A DNA stretch of 64,000 bases from an uncultured Lacinutrix sp. (GTDB taxonomy: Bacteria > Bacteroidota > Bacteroidia > Flavobacteriales > Flavobacteriaceae): positions 331,816 through 395,815 of the forward strand of contig NZ_CANMSJ010000003.1 of NCBI RefSeq assembly GCF_947500605.1, in the 5' to 3' direction. Numbering within the stretch: the first letter of the stretch is position 1; every line of letters begins with the position of its first letter. The position numbers were made by a program, and so were the translations under genes. Shown here piece by piece: positions 1 to 10,428 of the stretch. Under the pieces are notes generated by a model that ran no database searches, had not been told where the DNA came from, and worked only from the letters and a program-made list of their open reading frames with translations.

Positions 1-46
1 AAAACGTATTCTTAAAGAAGTCTTGGCTTATTTAAAACACAAAACT

Positions 47-967
47 ATGAACACAAAAAATATAATATTAAAAAATAAAGATTTAGAATCTCTGTTTTTT
101 ACCGGACTAAAAGTAATAACTATAACTACCATTTTACTATTTACTTACTCATGTAGTAATGAAGACGATTGCGCCTATGGAATATTAAACGAATGTCCAG
201 AATTAGGATTAAATATTGGAGATGCATGCGATGCTTCTGGCCAAGGAGTGTTGAATGGAACAGTGACCGAAGATTGTGAATGTATAGAAGCATTTCCTGT
301 AATAAGAACTTGTCCAGGTTTTATACAGAATGGAGATTTCGAAATTGTAACAGGTAACCCAAATGCAACTGTAGACGAAGATATTGATTTAGCAACAAGT
401 TGGAAACCTTTATGGCAAAGTGGTAGTCTAGCCGATTTATTTAATGCTGCAACAACAAACTTTGGAAGTTCTTCGTTTGCGGCTCCAACGCCTTCAAGCG
501 GTGTTTTTGCAGGTATGTGGATTGAAAACTCTACATCAAGTAGTGCAACTTATAGAGAAGGTATGTTTAACGAATTAACAGCACCAATAAATGCTAATAC
601 AGGTAATTATACACTAACTTTTGATTATGCTAACATGAGTGAATCAATTGCTTCAAATGCGATTAAAATAGGTGTTTACGGTGTGTATCATCCTATTTCT
701 GGTACATTGCCAGCAACTCCAACAGGTATTAATACACCTACAAATCTAGATTTGTTTGGTAGTACTAATACAGTGTTTTTAGGAGAAGTAACTATAACAT
801 CTTCTACTACAAATGCATGGACTACTGCAACTTTTATAATAGATACTAGTACTTTAATTATTCCTGCAACTGGTATAAACCACATTATGATTACCAATTC
901 TCATATTCCATTTCCCGATTATGGAAAAATGTATGTTGGACTAGATAATTTTTGCTTAATAAATTAA
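47..967 (+). CDS. Hypothetical lipoprotein with Cys-rich N-terminal module and beta-rich C-terminal domain
   Basis: ORF 23..967; first ATG at 47 after an A-rich stretch; lipobox-like LLFTYSC; CPELGLNIGDACD..DCEC module. Confidence 0.7.
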   Translation: MNTKNIILKNKDLESLFFTGLKVITITTILLFTYSCSNEDDCAYGILNECPELGLNIGDACDASGQGVLNGTVTEDCECIEAFPVIRTCPGFIQNGDFEIVTGNPNATVDEDIDLATSWKPLWQSGSLADLFNAATTNFGSSSFAAPTPSSGVFAGMWIENSTSSSATYREGMFNELTAPINANTGNYTLTFDYANMSESIASNAIKIGVYGVYHPISGTLPATPTGINTPTNLDLFGSTNTVFLGEVTITSSTTNAWTTATFIIDTSTLIIPATGINHIMITNSHIPFPDYGKMYVGLDNFCLIN

Positions 968-980
968 GGCTATATAAATA

Positions 981-1017
981 AAACTCAAGACCATACTATT
1001 TGGTCTTGAGTTTTTTT
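981..1017 (+). terminator. Intrinsic terminator
   Basis: aactcaagacc-atactattt-ggtcttgagtt stem followed by T tract. Confidence 0.85.
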
Positions 1018-1144
1018 AATTAGTAAGTAAGTTCTTAAACTAATGAGGTGATCAATTTTTAGAGGATTATTTTAGCTAAAAGTTTAGCATATCCTTAACA
1101 AATTATAATATAACTTTGTACTTATTAATAATTTAAGTATTAAC

Positions 1145-1489
1145 ATGGCAAAGTTTAAGTATATAGTTATAGCTCTTCTTTTGGGCTTGTCTACTTCCTT
1201 TTTTACAGAAAGTGAGACTGCTATTACTATTAAAAATACCTTGCCGCAAAACACAGTGCAAACTAGTACTGGTTTTAATACTCAAGGTATAATTGTAAAT
1301 TCTCAAATAGATTTCACGGTTAACCTTTCTCAAGAAGATAATCTTTCATTTTTTAAACAATTAGGTTTAGTAAATGGAGTTTGCAAAGAGCAGCAAGAGA
1401 GTTACTTAGTTTATGAAAAAACGAGTGAACTTATTGATGTTAACTTAACTACAAAAGAAATTATTTTCCCATTTCATTGGTTTACGTAA
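1145..1489 (+). CDS. Hypothetical exported protein ending IIFPFHWFT
   Basis: 114-aa ORF with signal-like N-terminus; TAACTTTG promoter element upstream (~1110). Confidence 0.65.
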   Translation: MAKFKYIVIALLLGLSTSFFTESETAITIKNTLPQNTVQTSTGFNTQGIIVNSQIDFTVNLSQEDNLSFFKQLGLVNGVCKEQQESYLVYEKTSELIDVNLTTKEIIFPFHWFT

Positions 1490-1581
1490 GCGCAATAGTT
1501 TTTTAAAACTATTGCAATACTAATCTTTTTCGTAAAGATTTAGTATTGATTTACTATACATTAAATCAAAAAATTACAACA

Positions 1582-2076
1582 ATGAAATTATCATTCACAT
1601 TAATAGAAATACTAGTGGTGTCAAGCGTTTTCGTACCATTCCTTATATTCGTTTACAAAGGACTTAACAACACTTCAAAAACAAAACAAAAAGCCGAAAA
1701 AATCACTAAATTAAGTGGGTTCAATTATAAATTAAAGGAGGTTTGGAACAATAAGTTTATTGGTCTTGCAGAAGACGATAACATGTTAACCTACATTCAG
1801 TTTAATAACGATAATCATAAGATTTTTAACCTAAAACTATCTGATATTAAGTCTTGCGAATTAGTTACAAACTATAAAACAGGAAAGGATAAAGTAACAA
1901 GATTAGAATATTTAGATTTAAAAATTGCATTTCATTCTTTTAAAAAAGAAGAAGTAACCTTACATTTCTTTAATACAGACGATGGCTACACCGAAGATTA
2001 CGAAATGCGTAGAATAGAAAACTGGAACAGCATAATTAATAGTAATATAAATGCAAGCTTGAAAAAAGCATCTTAA
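1582..2076 (+). CDS. Hypothetical membrane-anchored protein
   Basis: ORF 1546..2076, likely ATG at 1582; N-terminal TM helix; terminator follows. Confidence 0.7.
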   Translation: MKLSFTLIEILVVSSVFVPFLIFVYKGLNNTSKTKQKAEKITKLSGFNYKLKEVWNNKFIGLAEDDNMLTYIQFNNDNHKIFNLKLSDIKSCELVTNYKTGKDKVTRLEYLDLKIAFHSFKKEEVTLHFFNTDDGYTEDYEMRRIENWNSIINSNINASLKKAS

Positions 2077-2098
2077 TTGCTATTTAATATTAGTTCAA

Positions 2099-2137
2099 AA
2101 AAAAGCATCAACCTTAAATTGGGTTGATGCTTTTTTT
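2099..2137. terminator. Bidirectional intrinsic terminator overlapping the tex 3' end
   Basis: A7-gcatcaacc-ttaaattg-ggttgatgc-T7 between convergent genes. Confidence 0.85.
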
Positions 2138-4252
2138 ATGTAGCTTCAATTGTATTCGTTTTCTAGTAACATCTACTTCCAAAACTTTTACAGTAATTTG
2201 TTGGTGTAAATGCACATGCTCATTTACATCTTTTACAAAACTATCCGATAGGTTAGAAACGTGTATCAATCCGCTTTCTTTAATTCCAACATCTACAAAA
2301 CAACCAAAAGCAGTTATGTTATTTACTATTCCTGGTAATAATTGTCCGGAATGTAAGTCGGTAATCGATTTAATATCTTGGTTAAAACTAAACGCTTTAG
2401 CTGTTTCTCTAATATCGAGTCCTGGTTTTTTAAGTTCTTTAATAATATCTTCAAGCGTTAATAACCCAACAGATTCTGTACAATATTTTTTTAAATTTAT
2501 TTTCTGAAGAATGGCCTCGTTACCAATTAATTCTCGAATAGTAACACCTTCGTCTATAGCCATTTTTTCGACTATTTTATAACTTTCAGGGTGCACTGAA
2601 GAATCATCTAAAGGATTTTTAGCCTCTTTAATTCTAAGGAAAGCAGCACCTTGCTCGAAAGCTTTTCCGCCTAAGCGTGGTACTTTTTTAATATCATTTC
2701 TAGATTTGTAAACACCGTTTTCATTTCTATAATTAAAGATGTTTTCGGCCAATTTGGGTCCAATTCCAGAAACAGAACTTAATAATGGAACACTTGCAGT
2801 ATTAATGTTTACACCAACGGCATTTACACAATTCTCTACCACAACATCCAGTTGTTTTTGTAATTTATTCTGATCTACATCATGTTGGTATTGCCCAACA
2901 CCAATAGATTTAGCATCAATTTTAACGAGCTCTGCTAATGGATCTTGTAAACGTCTTCCAATAGAAACAGAACCTCTAACGGTTACATCGTAATCAGGAA
3001 ACTCATCTCTTGCAATTTTAGATGCCGAATAAATACTAGCTCCAGCTTCACTAACTATAAATACTTGTACATCGTTTTTAAACGGTACTTTTTTAACAAT
3101 GGCTTCTGTTTCTCGAGAGGCTGTTCCGTTTCCAATGGCGATAGCTTCAATTTTATAGGTCTCGACTAATGATGCGATTTTATTTATAGCTCCAATACTG
3201 TCGCTTTTTGGAGGATGCGGATAAATAGTGTCGTTATGTAATAAAGTGCCTTGTGCATCTAAGCAAACTACTTTACAGCCTGTTCTAAAACCTGGATCGA
3301 TAGCTAATACTCGTTTTTCTCCTATTGGCGAACCTAATAGTAATTGTTTTAAGTTTTTAGAGAAAACTGTAATTGCAGCTTCGTCTGCTTTTTCTTTAGC
3401 ATTACTTAAAGCTTCGTTACTTAAAGACGGAAATAATAAACGTTTGTAAGCATCGGAAATAGCAAGTTCTATTTGGTCTGCACATCCATTTTTGCTTCTA
3501 ATTATTTTTCTATCAATATTCTCTAATGCTTTTATAGCATCTATTTCAATTTTAACTCTTATAAAACCTTCGTTTTCTGCTCTTAAAATAGCTAATAGTC
3601 TATGGGATGGGATACGTTGTAAGCTTTCCGACCAATCGAAATAGTCTCTAAATTTTTGAGCCTTTTCATCTTCAATTTTGGCTTTAACCACTTTTGTAGA
3701 AATTTGAGCATGTCGCTCTAATTGGTTTCTTAGATTATTTCTAATGTCTGTACGCTCGTTAATCCATTCTGCAATAATATGTCTTGCGCCTTCTAATGCA
3801 TCATCAACAGAGGTAATATCACCTTTTACGTATTTGTAAGCAATAGACTCTACGTCGTTTGCATTTTGGCTCATTATTATTTTAGCCAATGGTTCTAAAC
3901 CATTTTTTCTTGCAGTTTCTGCCTTTGTTTTTCGTTTTTTCTTGAACGGTAAGTAAAGGTCTTCAAGCGTTATTAAGTCTGTGCAGCTTTCAATTTTTAA
4001 TTTTAAATCTTCAGTTAAAACAGCTTGTTCTTCTAAGGCTTTAATAATTGCCTTTTTACGTTTCTCTAAGGCTTCAAAAAGTTCTTTGTATTTTACAATG
4101 TCTCCAATTTGAACTTCATCTAAATTGCCTGTAGCTTCTTTTCTGTAACGAGAAATAAAAGGAATTGTACAATCTTCGTTAAGTAATTTAATAGTGTTCT
4201 TAACTGAAGATTCAGGTAAGCTAGTATGTAATAATATGTATTTTAAAAGCAT
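2114..4252 (-). CDS. tex: Tex family RNA-binding transcriptional accessory protein
   Basis: TIPFISRYRKE N-terminus, YqgF-like AIDPGFRTGCK, HhH repeats, C-terminal S1 domain. Confidence 0.95.
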   Translation of the reverse strand: MLLKYILLHTSLPESSVKNTIKLLNEDCTIPFISRYRKEATGNLDEVQIGDIVKYKELFEALEKRKKAIIKALEEQAVLTEDLKLKIESCTDLITLEDLYLPFKKKRKTKAETARKNGLEPLAKIIMSQNANDVESIAYKYVKGDITSVDDALEGARHIIAEWINERTDIRNNLRNQLERHAQISTKVVKAKIEDEKAQKFRDYFDWSESLQRIPSHRLLAILRAENEGFIRVKIEIDAIKALENIDRKIIRSKNGCADQIELAISDAYKRLLFPSLSNEALSNAKEKADEAAITVFSKNLKQLLLGSPIGEKRVLAIDPGFRTGCKVVCLDAQGTLLHNDTIYPHPPKSDSIGAINKIASLVETYKIEAIAIGNGTASRETEAIVKKVPFKNDVQVFIVSEAGASIYSASKIARDEFPDYDVTVRGSVSIGRRLQDPLAELVKIDAKSIGVGQYQHDVDQNKLQKQLDVVVENCVNAVGVNINTASVPLLSSVSGIGPKLAENIFNYRNENGVYKSRNDIKKVPRLGGKAFEQGAAFLRIKEAKNPLDDSSVHPESYKIVEKMAIDEGVTIRELIGNEAILQKINLKKYCTESVGLLTLEDIIKELKKPGLDIRETAKAFSFNQDIKSITDLHSGQLLPGIVNNITAFGCFVDVGIKESGLIHVSNLSDSFVKDVNEHVHLHQQITVKVLEVDVTRKRIQLKLHKKSINPI

Positions 4253-4289
4253 AAAAAAGACCTTATCTTTTTAAGTAAAATAAGGTCTT
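4253..4289 (-). terminator. Intrinsic terminator of the ompA-like operon
   Basis: aagaccttat..ataaggtctt stem with T6 on the minus strand. Confidence 0.7.
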
Positions 4290-4338
4290 GTAATATATTT
4301 AATCTTGGGTTTATTCCGAAGAAAAAGGCAAAAGAATT

Positions 4339-5046
4339 TTAGTTTTCTCCAGACTCGTTCTTAGCGTCCTCAATCATTTTGTCATTTGGTAAAATAGCAA
4401 TATTTACACGTCTGTTTTTAGAGCGTCCTTCTGCTGTAGTATTATCGTGAGTTGGTTGTAATTCTCCAAACCAGTTTGTTGTTAATCTACCATTACTTAT
4501 ACCGTTGCTAATAATAAAATTTGTTACAGCATTGGCTCTGTTTTTTGAAAGTGTCATGTTGTTTTCTTCGCTACCAACACTATCTGTATGGCCTACTACT
4601 AATATGTTTGTATCTGGATACTCTTTAAAAATAGTTACTAATTTATTTAAAGTCGCTTGAGATGCAGTATTTACATTATACTTTGCTGTATCAAAATATA
4701 CACCACTGTCTTCATCAAAAGTTACTACAATTTTATCCTCTATACGTTCTACTGTTGCTCCAGGAATTTCGTTTTCAATTTTCTCAGCCTGCTTGTCCAT
4801 TTTGTTTCCAATAAGAACACCAGCACCACCGCCAATAACACCACCAATAACAGCTCCTAATTCGCCGTTACCACCTTTACCAACATTATTACCAATAATA
4901 GCTCCTAAAATGGCTCCACCAGCTGCGCCAATAACGCCTCCTTTTTGTTTGTTATTTGCATTTTTTGTAGCACTACAGTTAGTTAATGTAATTGCTAACA
5001 TTAAAGTTAATGCTATACTTGTTACTTTTTTTATAGTTAAATTCAT
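4339..5046 (-). CDS. OmpA family lipoprotein with glycine zipper
   Basis: Lipobox LTNC, GxxxG zipper, OmpA C-domain motifs GHTDSVG, LSKNRA, NRRV. Confidence 0.92.
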   Translation of the reverse strand: MNLTIKKVTSIALTLMLAITLTNCSATKNANNKQKGGVIGAAGGAILGAIIGNNVGKGGNGELGAVIGGVIGGGAGVLIGNKMDKQAEKIENEIPGATVERIEDKIVVTFDEDSGVYFDTAKYNVNTASQATLNKLVTIFKEYPDTNILVVGHTDSVGSEENNMTLSKNRANAVTNFIISNGISNGRLTTNWFGELQPTHDNTTAEGRSKNRRVNIAILPNDKMIEDAKNESGEN

Positions 5047-5051
5047 GATTA

Positions 5052-5522
5052 TTATTGTTTAGAAAAATTCATATTAATTGTAAATGGTTTTCCATCTACA
5101 GATACGGTTTGTTGCCATTGCATATCAAATTCGGACAATTGCGCTAGTTTTAATCTAAAACCTTGGTTGGTTTCAGATTTGTTTTTAGCATCGGTAGGCT
5201 TTAATAAAAAGTCATACAAGCCAGTTTGTTCGTCAACTTCTTGTATTGTGAATACAAAGTTTCTTTCGCCAGTTGTACAGTTTTGGTTGTTTATAGTATA
5301 AATACCAGTGTTGTTGTTTGGGATAAAAGACCAAGTACTACCTTCAAAACACTCTTTAGAAGCGTCGTTAAGTAGCATAACATTAAAGTTACCAGATTCG
5401 CTATAAGAAATGTTATTTAAAAGCCATTGACCTTTAATGGTTTTTTGAGATTGTCTCACAACTTTAGATCCTCCACAAGATAGGAAGGTTGTAACGACTA
5501 GAAGTAATATTATTTTTTTCAT
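5052..5522 (-). CDS. Lipocalin-like domain lipoprotein
   Basis: Lipobox FLSC, IKGQWLL strand typical of lipocalin-like folds; 5 nt from the ompA-like gene. Confidence 0.7.
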   Translation of the reverse strand: MKKIILLLVVTTFLSCGGSKVVRQSQKTIKGQWLLNNISYSESGNFNVMLLNDASKECFEGSTWSFIPNNNTGIYTINNQNCTTGERNFVFTIQEVDEQTGLYDFLLKPTDAKNKSETNQGFRLKLAQLSEFDMQWQQTVSVDGKPFTINMNFSKQ

Positions 5523-5649
5523 GGTTTAGTTTTTTGATTTTGTGTTACACAATGTACAATCAAAATAAATAAATAGTGCTAATATAATCTCAATTAATAA
5601 ATATTTAACTAACAGTTTTAATGGTAGTTAGGTCTGTTTTAATTGAGGC

Positions 5650-7065
5650 TTAATCGAAGATAAACAGTCTGTATAATCCTGTTTTGTAATTAAAAGATCC
5701 CCAAACATAATCATCCTTATAACGGAATACAGATTGAGCATCTAAGTGGCTAAAGTCTTTTGTGAAATCGTTTATTTTATCAAAGCCATTTTCAGGAATT
5801 AAATTAGAATTATGGTTAAAGTGCTCATTAAACAAGCATTTAATTTGTATTGATTTTGTTTTGTTATAATTATCGAAAGTAGAAAATAAAACACCACCAA
5901 TTGCTCCTCCAATCAGGCCGCCAACAACCGACATTGTTCCGCCAGTAGCAATTTTGCTAGATCCAATAGTTACAACATAGTTACTACTGTCTTTATAAAC
6001 TGCAACTCCCAAGTGTTTGTTGGCTATTTTTCTTAAATATTGAGACGTGTTTTCTAACACACGAACACCATATTTACCATCTCCCACTTTTTGAATCATT
6101 TTTGTATTCTTAAAGTCTATTGTTTCATGCTTTCCAACTTTATAGCTTTTAAGCATTTTCATTTCTGGATAAGTATAAACAGAAAATAGAAGTTTATCTT
6201 TAGTGGCATACACATTAAAGTAGTGGTTGTCGAAAATAAAAGAGTTAATTCCAGATTTTAGTTCACCCTTAATAAAGCCTAAATTTTCTACAGCATTAAA
6301 TTTTAATGCTCCATCTGTTACATTAATGTCTATTATATAAGTGCGCTTTCCAAAGAAATTGTTTGTTAATATAATTTTACCATCTTTATAAAACACTTTG
6401 GTTTGAGCAGTTACACTCTCTAAAGCCAGCGGCTCTCCAATGTCAATTTTCTTAATTTCAGAAGCATAAGCAAAAATAAGACTGTTGAAATTGACTGCTA
6501 AATCTGTGTCAGACTTTATTTGTTCTTCAGGTAAGCTAATCTCTTTGTTAGTAACATTAGCATTATTATCTAAGGTGTACAGGTTAAGTTTTGAGGTTTT
6601 ATATACTGATGTTAGAATATAAAATTTATCCTTATCTGAAAAGCTATTTACATACTCTTCTTTTTCAAAATTGATATCTAAATCATCAACCAATTTAAAA
6701 GTATTAGTTTTAAAATCAATTTTTAAATACCCGAATTTTAATGAGGAATTACGTTTAAAGTAGAGAGTGTAACTATCATTTTCTATAGATTGACCGACGA
6801 TACTCCTGCTTTTTTTTGGAATATCGTCTATAACTACTTTTGAAATTAATTCCTGATTTTGGTTATATAAATATACAGTTATTTGCTTTTTTTCTCTTAA
6901 GAAGAAAGCAATATTTCCAGATTCTTTATCAATAATAGGCAAAGCATCTTTTAAGTTTGAATATTCTCCTTGCAAACCAGTTTCGATAACAATCCAATTT
7001 CTTTGTGCAGAAACGGTTGTGCTAATTAAGAGCAAAAATAGAAGTGGAAATAGTTTACTAAACAT
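5650..7065 (-). CDS. Hypothetical exported protein (471 aa)
   Basis: Long ORF, signal peptide ending VSAQ, beta-rich body, Gly-rich segment near the C-terminus. Confidence 0.75.
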   Translation of the reverse strand: MFSKLFPLLFLLLISTTVSAQRNWIVIETGLQGEYSNLKDALPIIDKESGNIAFFLREKKQITVYLYNQNQELISKVVIDDIPKKSRSIVGQSIENDSYTLYFKRNSSLKFGYLKIDFKTNTFKLVDDLDINFEKEEYVNSFSDKDKFYILTSVYKTSKLNLYTLDNNANVTNKEISLPEEQIKSDTDLAVNFNSLIFAYASEIKKIDIGEPLALESVTAQTKVFYKDGKIILTNNFFGKRTYIIDINVTDGALKFNAVENLGFIKGELKSGINSFIFDNHYFNVYATKDKLLFSVYTYPEMKMLKSYKVGKHETIDFKNTKMIQKVGDGKYGVRVLENTSQYLRKIANKHLGVAVYKDSSNYVVTIGSSKIATGGTMSVVGGLIGGAIGGVLFSTFDNYNKTKSIQIKCLFNEHFNHNSNLIPENGFDKINDFTKDFSHLDAQSVFRYKDDYVWGSFNYKTGLYRLFIFD

Positions 7066-7068
7066 ATA

Positions 7069-9126
7069 TTAACTTATTGTTAATCCATTAGAAACATTTG
7101 CATCATCGGGATTTACAAATACTAATTTACCATCTGCGTTTTCAGTCATTAAAATCATGCCTTCACTGTCTACACCACGCAAAGCTCTTGGTGCTAAGTT
7201 AACCAACACAGTTACTTTTTTACCAACAACTTCTTCGGCTGTAAAGCTTTCTGCTATTCCAGAAACAATGGTTCTAACATCTATTCCTGTATCTACTTTT
7301 AAAACTAAAAGTTTCTTAGCTTTTGGCATTTTTTCAGCTTCTAGAATTGTGCCAACTCTTAAGTCTAGCTTTGTAAAATCGTCGAATGCAATAGTGTCTT
7401 TTTGTGGTTCAGCTACTTTATTGGCAGCTTCGTTCGCTTTCTTACTAGCTTCTAATTTATCTAACTGTGCTTGTATTTCGGTGTCTTCAATTTTAGAGAA
7501 TAATAACTCACCTTTACCTATTTGGTGTCCAGCAGAAATTAATATTTCTTTAGTTGCAATGTCTTCCCATTTGTTCTCATCACTATTTAAAATATTTTTT
7601 AATTTAGTTGATGTAAATGGTAAAAATGGCTCGCATAATGTTGATAACGCCGATGCTATTTGTAAAGCAACATACATAATTGTTTTAGTACGGGCTTCGT
7701 CAGTTTTTACTAATTTCCAAGGCTCTTCGTCGGCAAGATATTTATTTCCTAAACGCGCTAAGTTCATTAATTCTTGAGAAGCTTCTCTAAAACGGTAACG
7801 CTCTAAAGAACTTTCTATAACACTTGGGAACGCTTTTATTGTTGCCAAAGTTTCTTCGTCTATGGTAGATAATTCACTTGGAGTTGGTATAATACCTTCG
7901 TAATATTTGTTAGTTAAAACAACTACACGGTTAATAAAGTTTCCAAAAATGGCAACCAATTCGTTATTATTTCTTGCTTGAAAATCTTTCCAAGTAAAAT
8001 CGTTATCCTTAGTTTCTGGTGCATTAGCAGTTAAAGCATAACGCAATACATCCTGCTTATCTGGGAAGTCTATTAAATATTCTGGTAACCAAACAGCCCA
8101 GTTTTTAGAGGTAGACAATTTGTTGCCTTCTAAATTTAAAAACTCGTTTGCTGGTACATTGTCTGGTAATATATAAGAACCTTCTGCTTTAAGCATTGCT
8201 GGAAAAATAATACAGTGAAATACAATATTATCTTTACCAATAAAGTGAACTAGCTTAGTATCTTCATCTTTCCAATATGGTTCCCAATCTTTATTTTCTC
8301 TTGCAGCCCATTCTTTGGTTGCAGAGATGTAACCAATTGGAGCATCGAACCAAACGTATAATACTTTGCCTTCGCCTCCCGGAACAGGAACTGGTATTCC
8401 CCAATCAAGATCACGTGTTACCGCTCTTGGTCTTAAACCATCGTCTAACCAAGATTTACATTGACCGTAAACGTTAGATTTCCAATCTTTTTTATGTCCT
8501 TCTAAAATCCATTCTTTTAAAAAGGCTTCGTGTTTGTTTAATGGTAAAAACCAGTGTTTAGTTTCTTTTAAGCTAGGTACATTTCCTGTAATTGCAGATT
8601 TTGGGTTGATTAAATCTGTAGCATTATGGCTTGTTCCACATTTTTCACATTGATCTCCATAACTTTCTTCGTTACCACATTTTGGACACGTACCAACTAC
8701 AAATCTATCTGCAAGGAATTGGTTTGCTTCAGCATCATATAATTGTTCAGAAACTTCTTCAACAAATTCATTTTTATCGTACAAAGTCTTAAAAAACTCT
8801 GATGCAGTATCATGATGAATTTTAGCTGAAGTACGAGAATAGTTATCGAAAGTAATACCGAAATCTAAAAAAGACTGCTTTATAATAGCGTGGTATCTGT
8901 CCACAATTTGTTGAGGTGTAACACCTTCTTTTTTTGCTTTAATAGTAATTGGCACACCGTGCTCATCACTACCACAAATAAAAGCAACATCGTTTCCAGT
9001 TAATCTTTTGTAACGTGCGTAAATATCTGCAGGTACATAAACACCAGCTAAATGTCCAATATGTATTGGTCCGTTAGTGTATGGCAACGCTGCAGTAATG
9101 GTATATCTTTTAGGATCTTTCGACAT
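7069..9126 (-). CDS. metG: Methionine--tRNA ligase
   Basis: HIGH, CPKC zinc knuckle, KLSTS, C-terminal tRNA-binding domain; ATG at 9126 supported by TATTTTTG promoter at 9147-9154. Confidence 0.97.
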   Translation of the reverse strand: MSKDPKRYTITAALPYTNGPIHIGHLAGVYVPADIYARYKRLTGNDVAFICGSDEHGVPITIKAKKEGVTPQQIVDRYHAIIKQSFLDFGITFDNYSRTSAKIHHDTASEFFKTLYDKNEFVEEVSEQLYDAEANQFLADRFVVGTCPKCGNEESYGDQCEKCGTSHNATDLINPKSAITGNVPSLKETKHWFLPLNKHEAFLKEWILEGHKKDWKSNVYGQCKSWLDDGLRPRAVTRDLDWGIPVPVPGGEGKVLYVWFDAPIGYISATKEWAARENKDWEPYWKDEDTKLVHFIGKDNIVFHCIIFPAMLKAEGSYILPDNVPANEFLNLEGNKLSTSKNWAVWLPEYLIDFPDKQDVLRYALTANAPETKDNDFTWKDFQARNNNELVAIFGNFINRVVVLTNKYYEGIIPTPSELSTIDEETLATIKAFPSVIESSLERYRFREASQELMNLARLGNKYLADEEPWKLVKTDEARTKTIMYVALQIASALSTLCEPFLPFTSTKLKNILNSDENKWEDIATKEILISAGHQIGKGELLFSKIEDTEIQAQLDKLEASKKANEAANKVAEPQKDTIAFDDFTKLDLRVGTILEAEKMPKAKKLLVLKVDTGIDVRTIVSGIAESFTAEEVVGKKVTVLVNLAPRALRGVDSEGMILMTENADGKLVFVNPDDANVSNGLTIS

Positions 9127-9333
9127 GAATTCTTGTAATTTAACAACAAAAATAATCATTACCTTTTTTAAAATTGAATTCTTAACCTTGGATTTAATAA
9201 AAAGGAGTGTTTTTTTATAGATTTGAGTAGAAAAGTGATGGAACAGTGCTCTTATTCAATATTATGAGACTAATCTACTTTTTTTAATAAGTACTTCATT
9301 TTAATTTTGTAAAATATCGGTTACATTTACATT

Positions 9334-10344
9334 ATGATAAAAAAAATATTAATTATTACTGTGTTATTTTTCTTCGGAAGTATTAACGTTTCGGCTCAAG
9401 AGAACACAACCATAAAAACACCATCAAAATTGATACAACCACCCTATCTAAAAGCAGGAGATACTGTTGCTATTGTTGCACCATCTGGTGTTTTAAAAAG
9501 CAGAGCAGACGAAGTTACACGTGCTAAAAAACTATTAGAAAGTTGGCAATTAAATGTTGTTGTTGGTAAGCATGTTTTTAGTAGAGATAACCATTTTGCA
9601 GGTACAGATTTGGAGCGTTGCGAAGATTTTCAAGAAGCTTTAGATAACCCGAATATCAAAGCCATTTGGAGTGCAAGAGGAGGTTATGGAACAGTGAGGA
9701 TTCTTGATAAATTAGATTATTCAAAATTTTTACAACAACCCAAATGGGTTATTGGTTACAGCGATATTACTGCTTTACATAACCAAATTAATACTAAAGG
9801 AGTGGAGAGTATTCATGCTATTATGTGTGTAAGTTTACCTAAAAATCAAGAAGAAATTAAAGAAAGCATAGACACTTTTAAAGCTTCAATTTTTGGTAAA
9901 CCTATAAATTACACTTTAAAAGAATCTAAATACAATAGAGAAGGTAAAGCTTCTGGCCAATTAGTAGGAGGGAACTTAACAATATTACATACTATGTTAG
10001 GTTCTAATACAAGTATTGATACAAAAGGAAAGATTTTATTTATTGAAGAAATAGGAGAGTATAAATACCATATCGACCGTATGTTACAAAGTTTAAAACG
10101 TGCTGGTTATTTTGATGACTGTAAAGGTGTAATTGTGGGCGGTATGAGTAGAATGAGAAAAAATACTACGCTTTGGGGAACTAGTGTAGAGCAGCTTGTT
10201 ATAGATGCTTTATCCGCCTATGATTTTCCTATTGCTTTTAAAATGCCCGCAGGACACGAAAAAGATAATCGTGCCATGATTATGGGACGAACGATTGATT
10301 TAGAAGTGAGTAAAACAAAATCAACAATTAAGTTTGAAAAGTAG
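9334..10344 (+). CDS. LD-carboxypeptidase (S66 family)
   Basis: ARGGYG, GYSDIT (catalytic Ser), GGNL, EEIGE, PAGH motifs. Confidence 0.92.
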   Translation: MIKKILIITVLFFFGSINVSAQENTTIKTPSKLIQPPYLKAGDTVAIVAPSGVLKSRADEVTRAKKLLESWQLNVVVGKHVFSRDNHFAGTDLERCEDFQEALDNPNIKAIWSARGGYGTVRILDKLDYSKFLQQPKWVIGYSDITALHNQINTKGVESIHAIMCVSLPKNQEEIKESIDTFKASIFGKPINYTLKESKYNREGKASGQLVGGNLTILHTMLGSNTSIDTKGKILFIEEIGEYKYHIDRMLQSLKRAGYFDDCKGVIVGGMSRMRKNTTLWGTSVEQLVIDALSAYDFPIAFKMPAGHEKDNRAMIMGRTIDLEVSKTKSTIKFEK

Positions 10345-10404
10345 ATTGCTATTGCATATAATAAAACGAAAAATATAAATACATTAAATTTTAGTTTGTA
10401 GGAT

Positions 10405-10427
10405 GAGATTCCTGCCTACGCAGGAAT
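10405..10427 (-). repeat. REP-like palindrome (ATTCCTGC-N4-GCAGGAAT family)
   Basis: gagattcctgcctacgcaggaat; same family as 33934-34004 and 61788-61852. Confidence 0.8.
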
Positions 10428-10428
10428 T

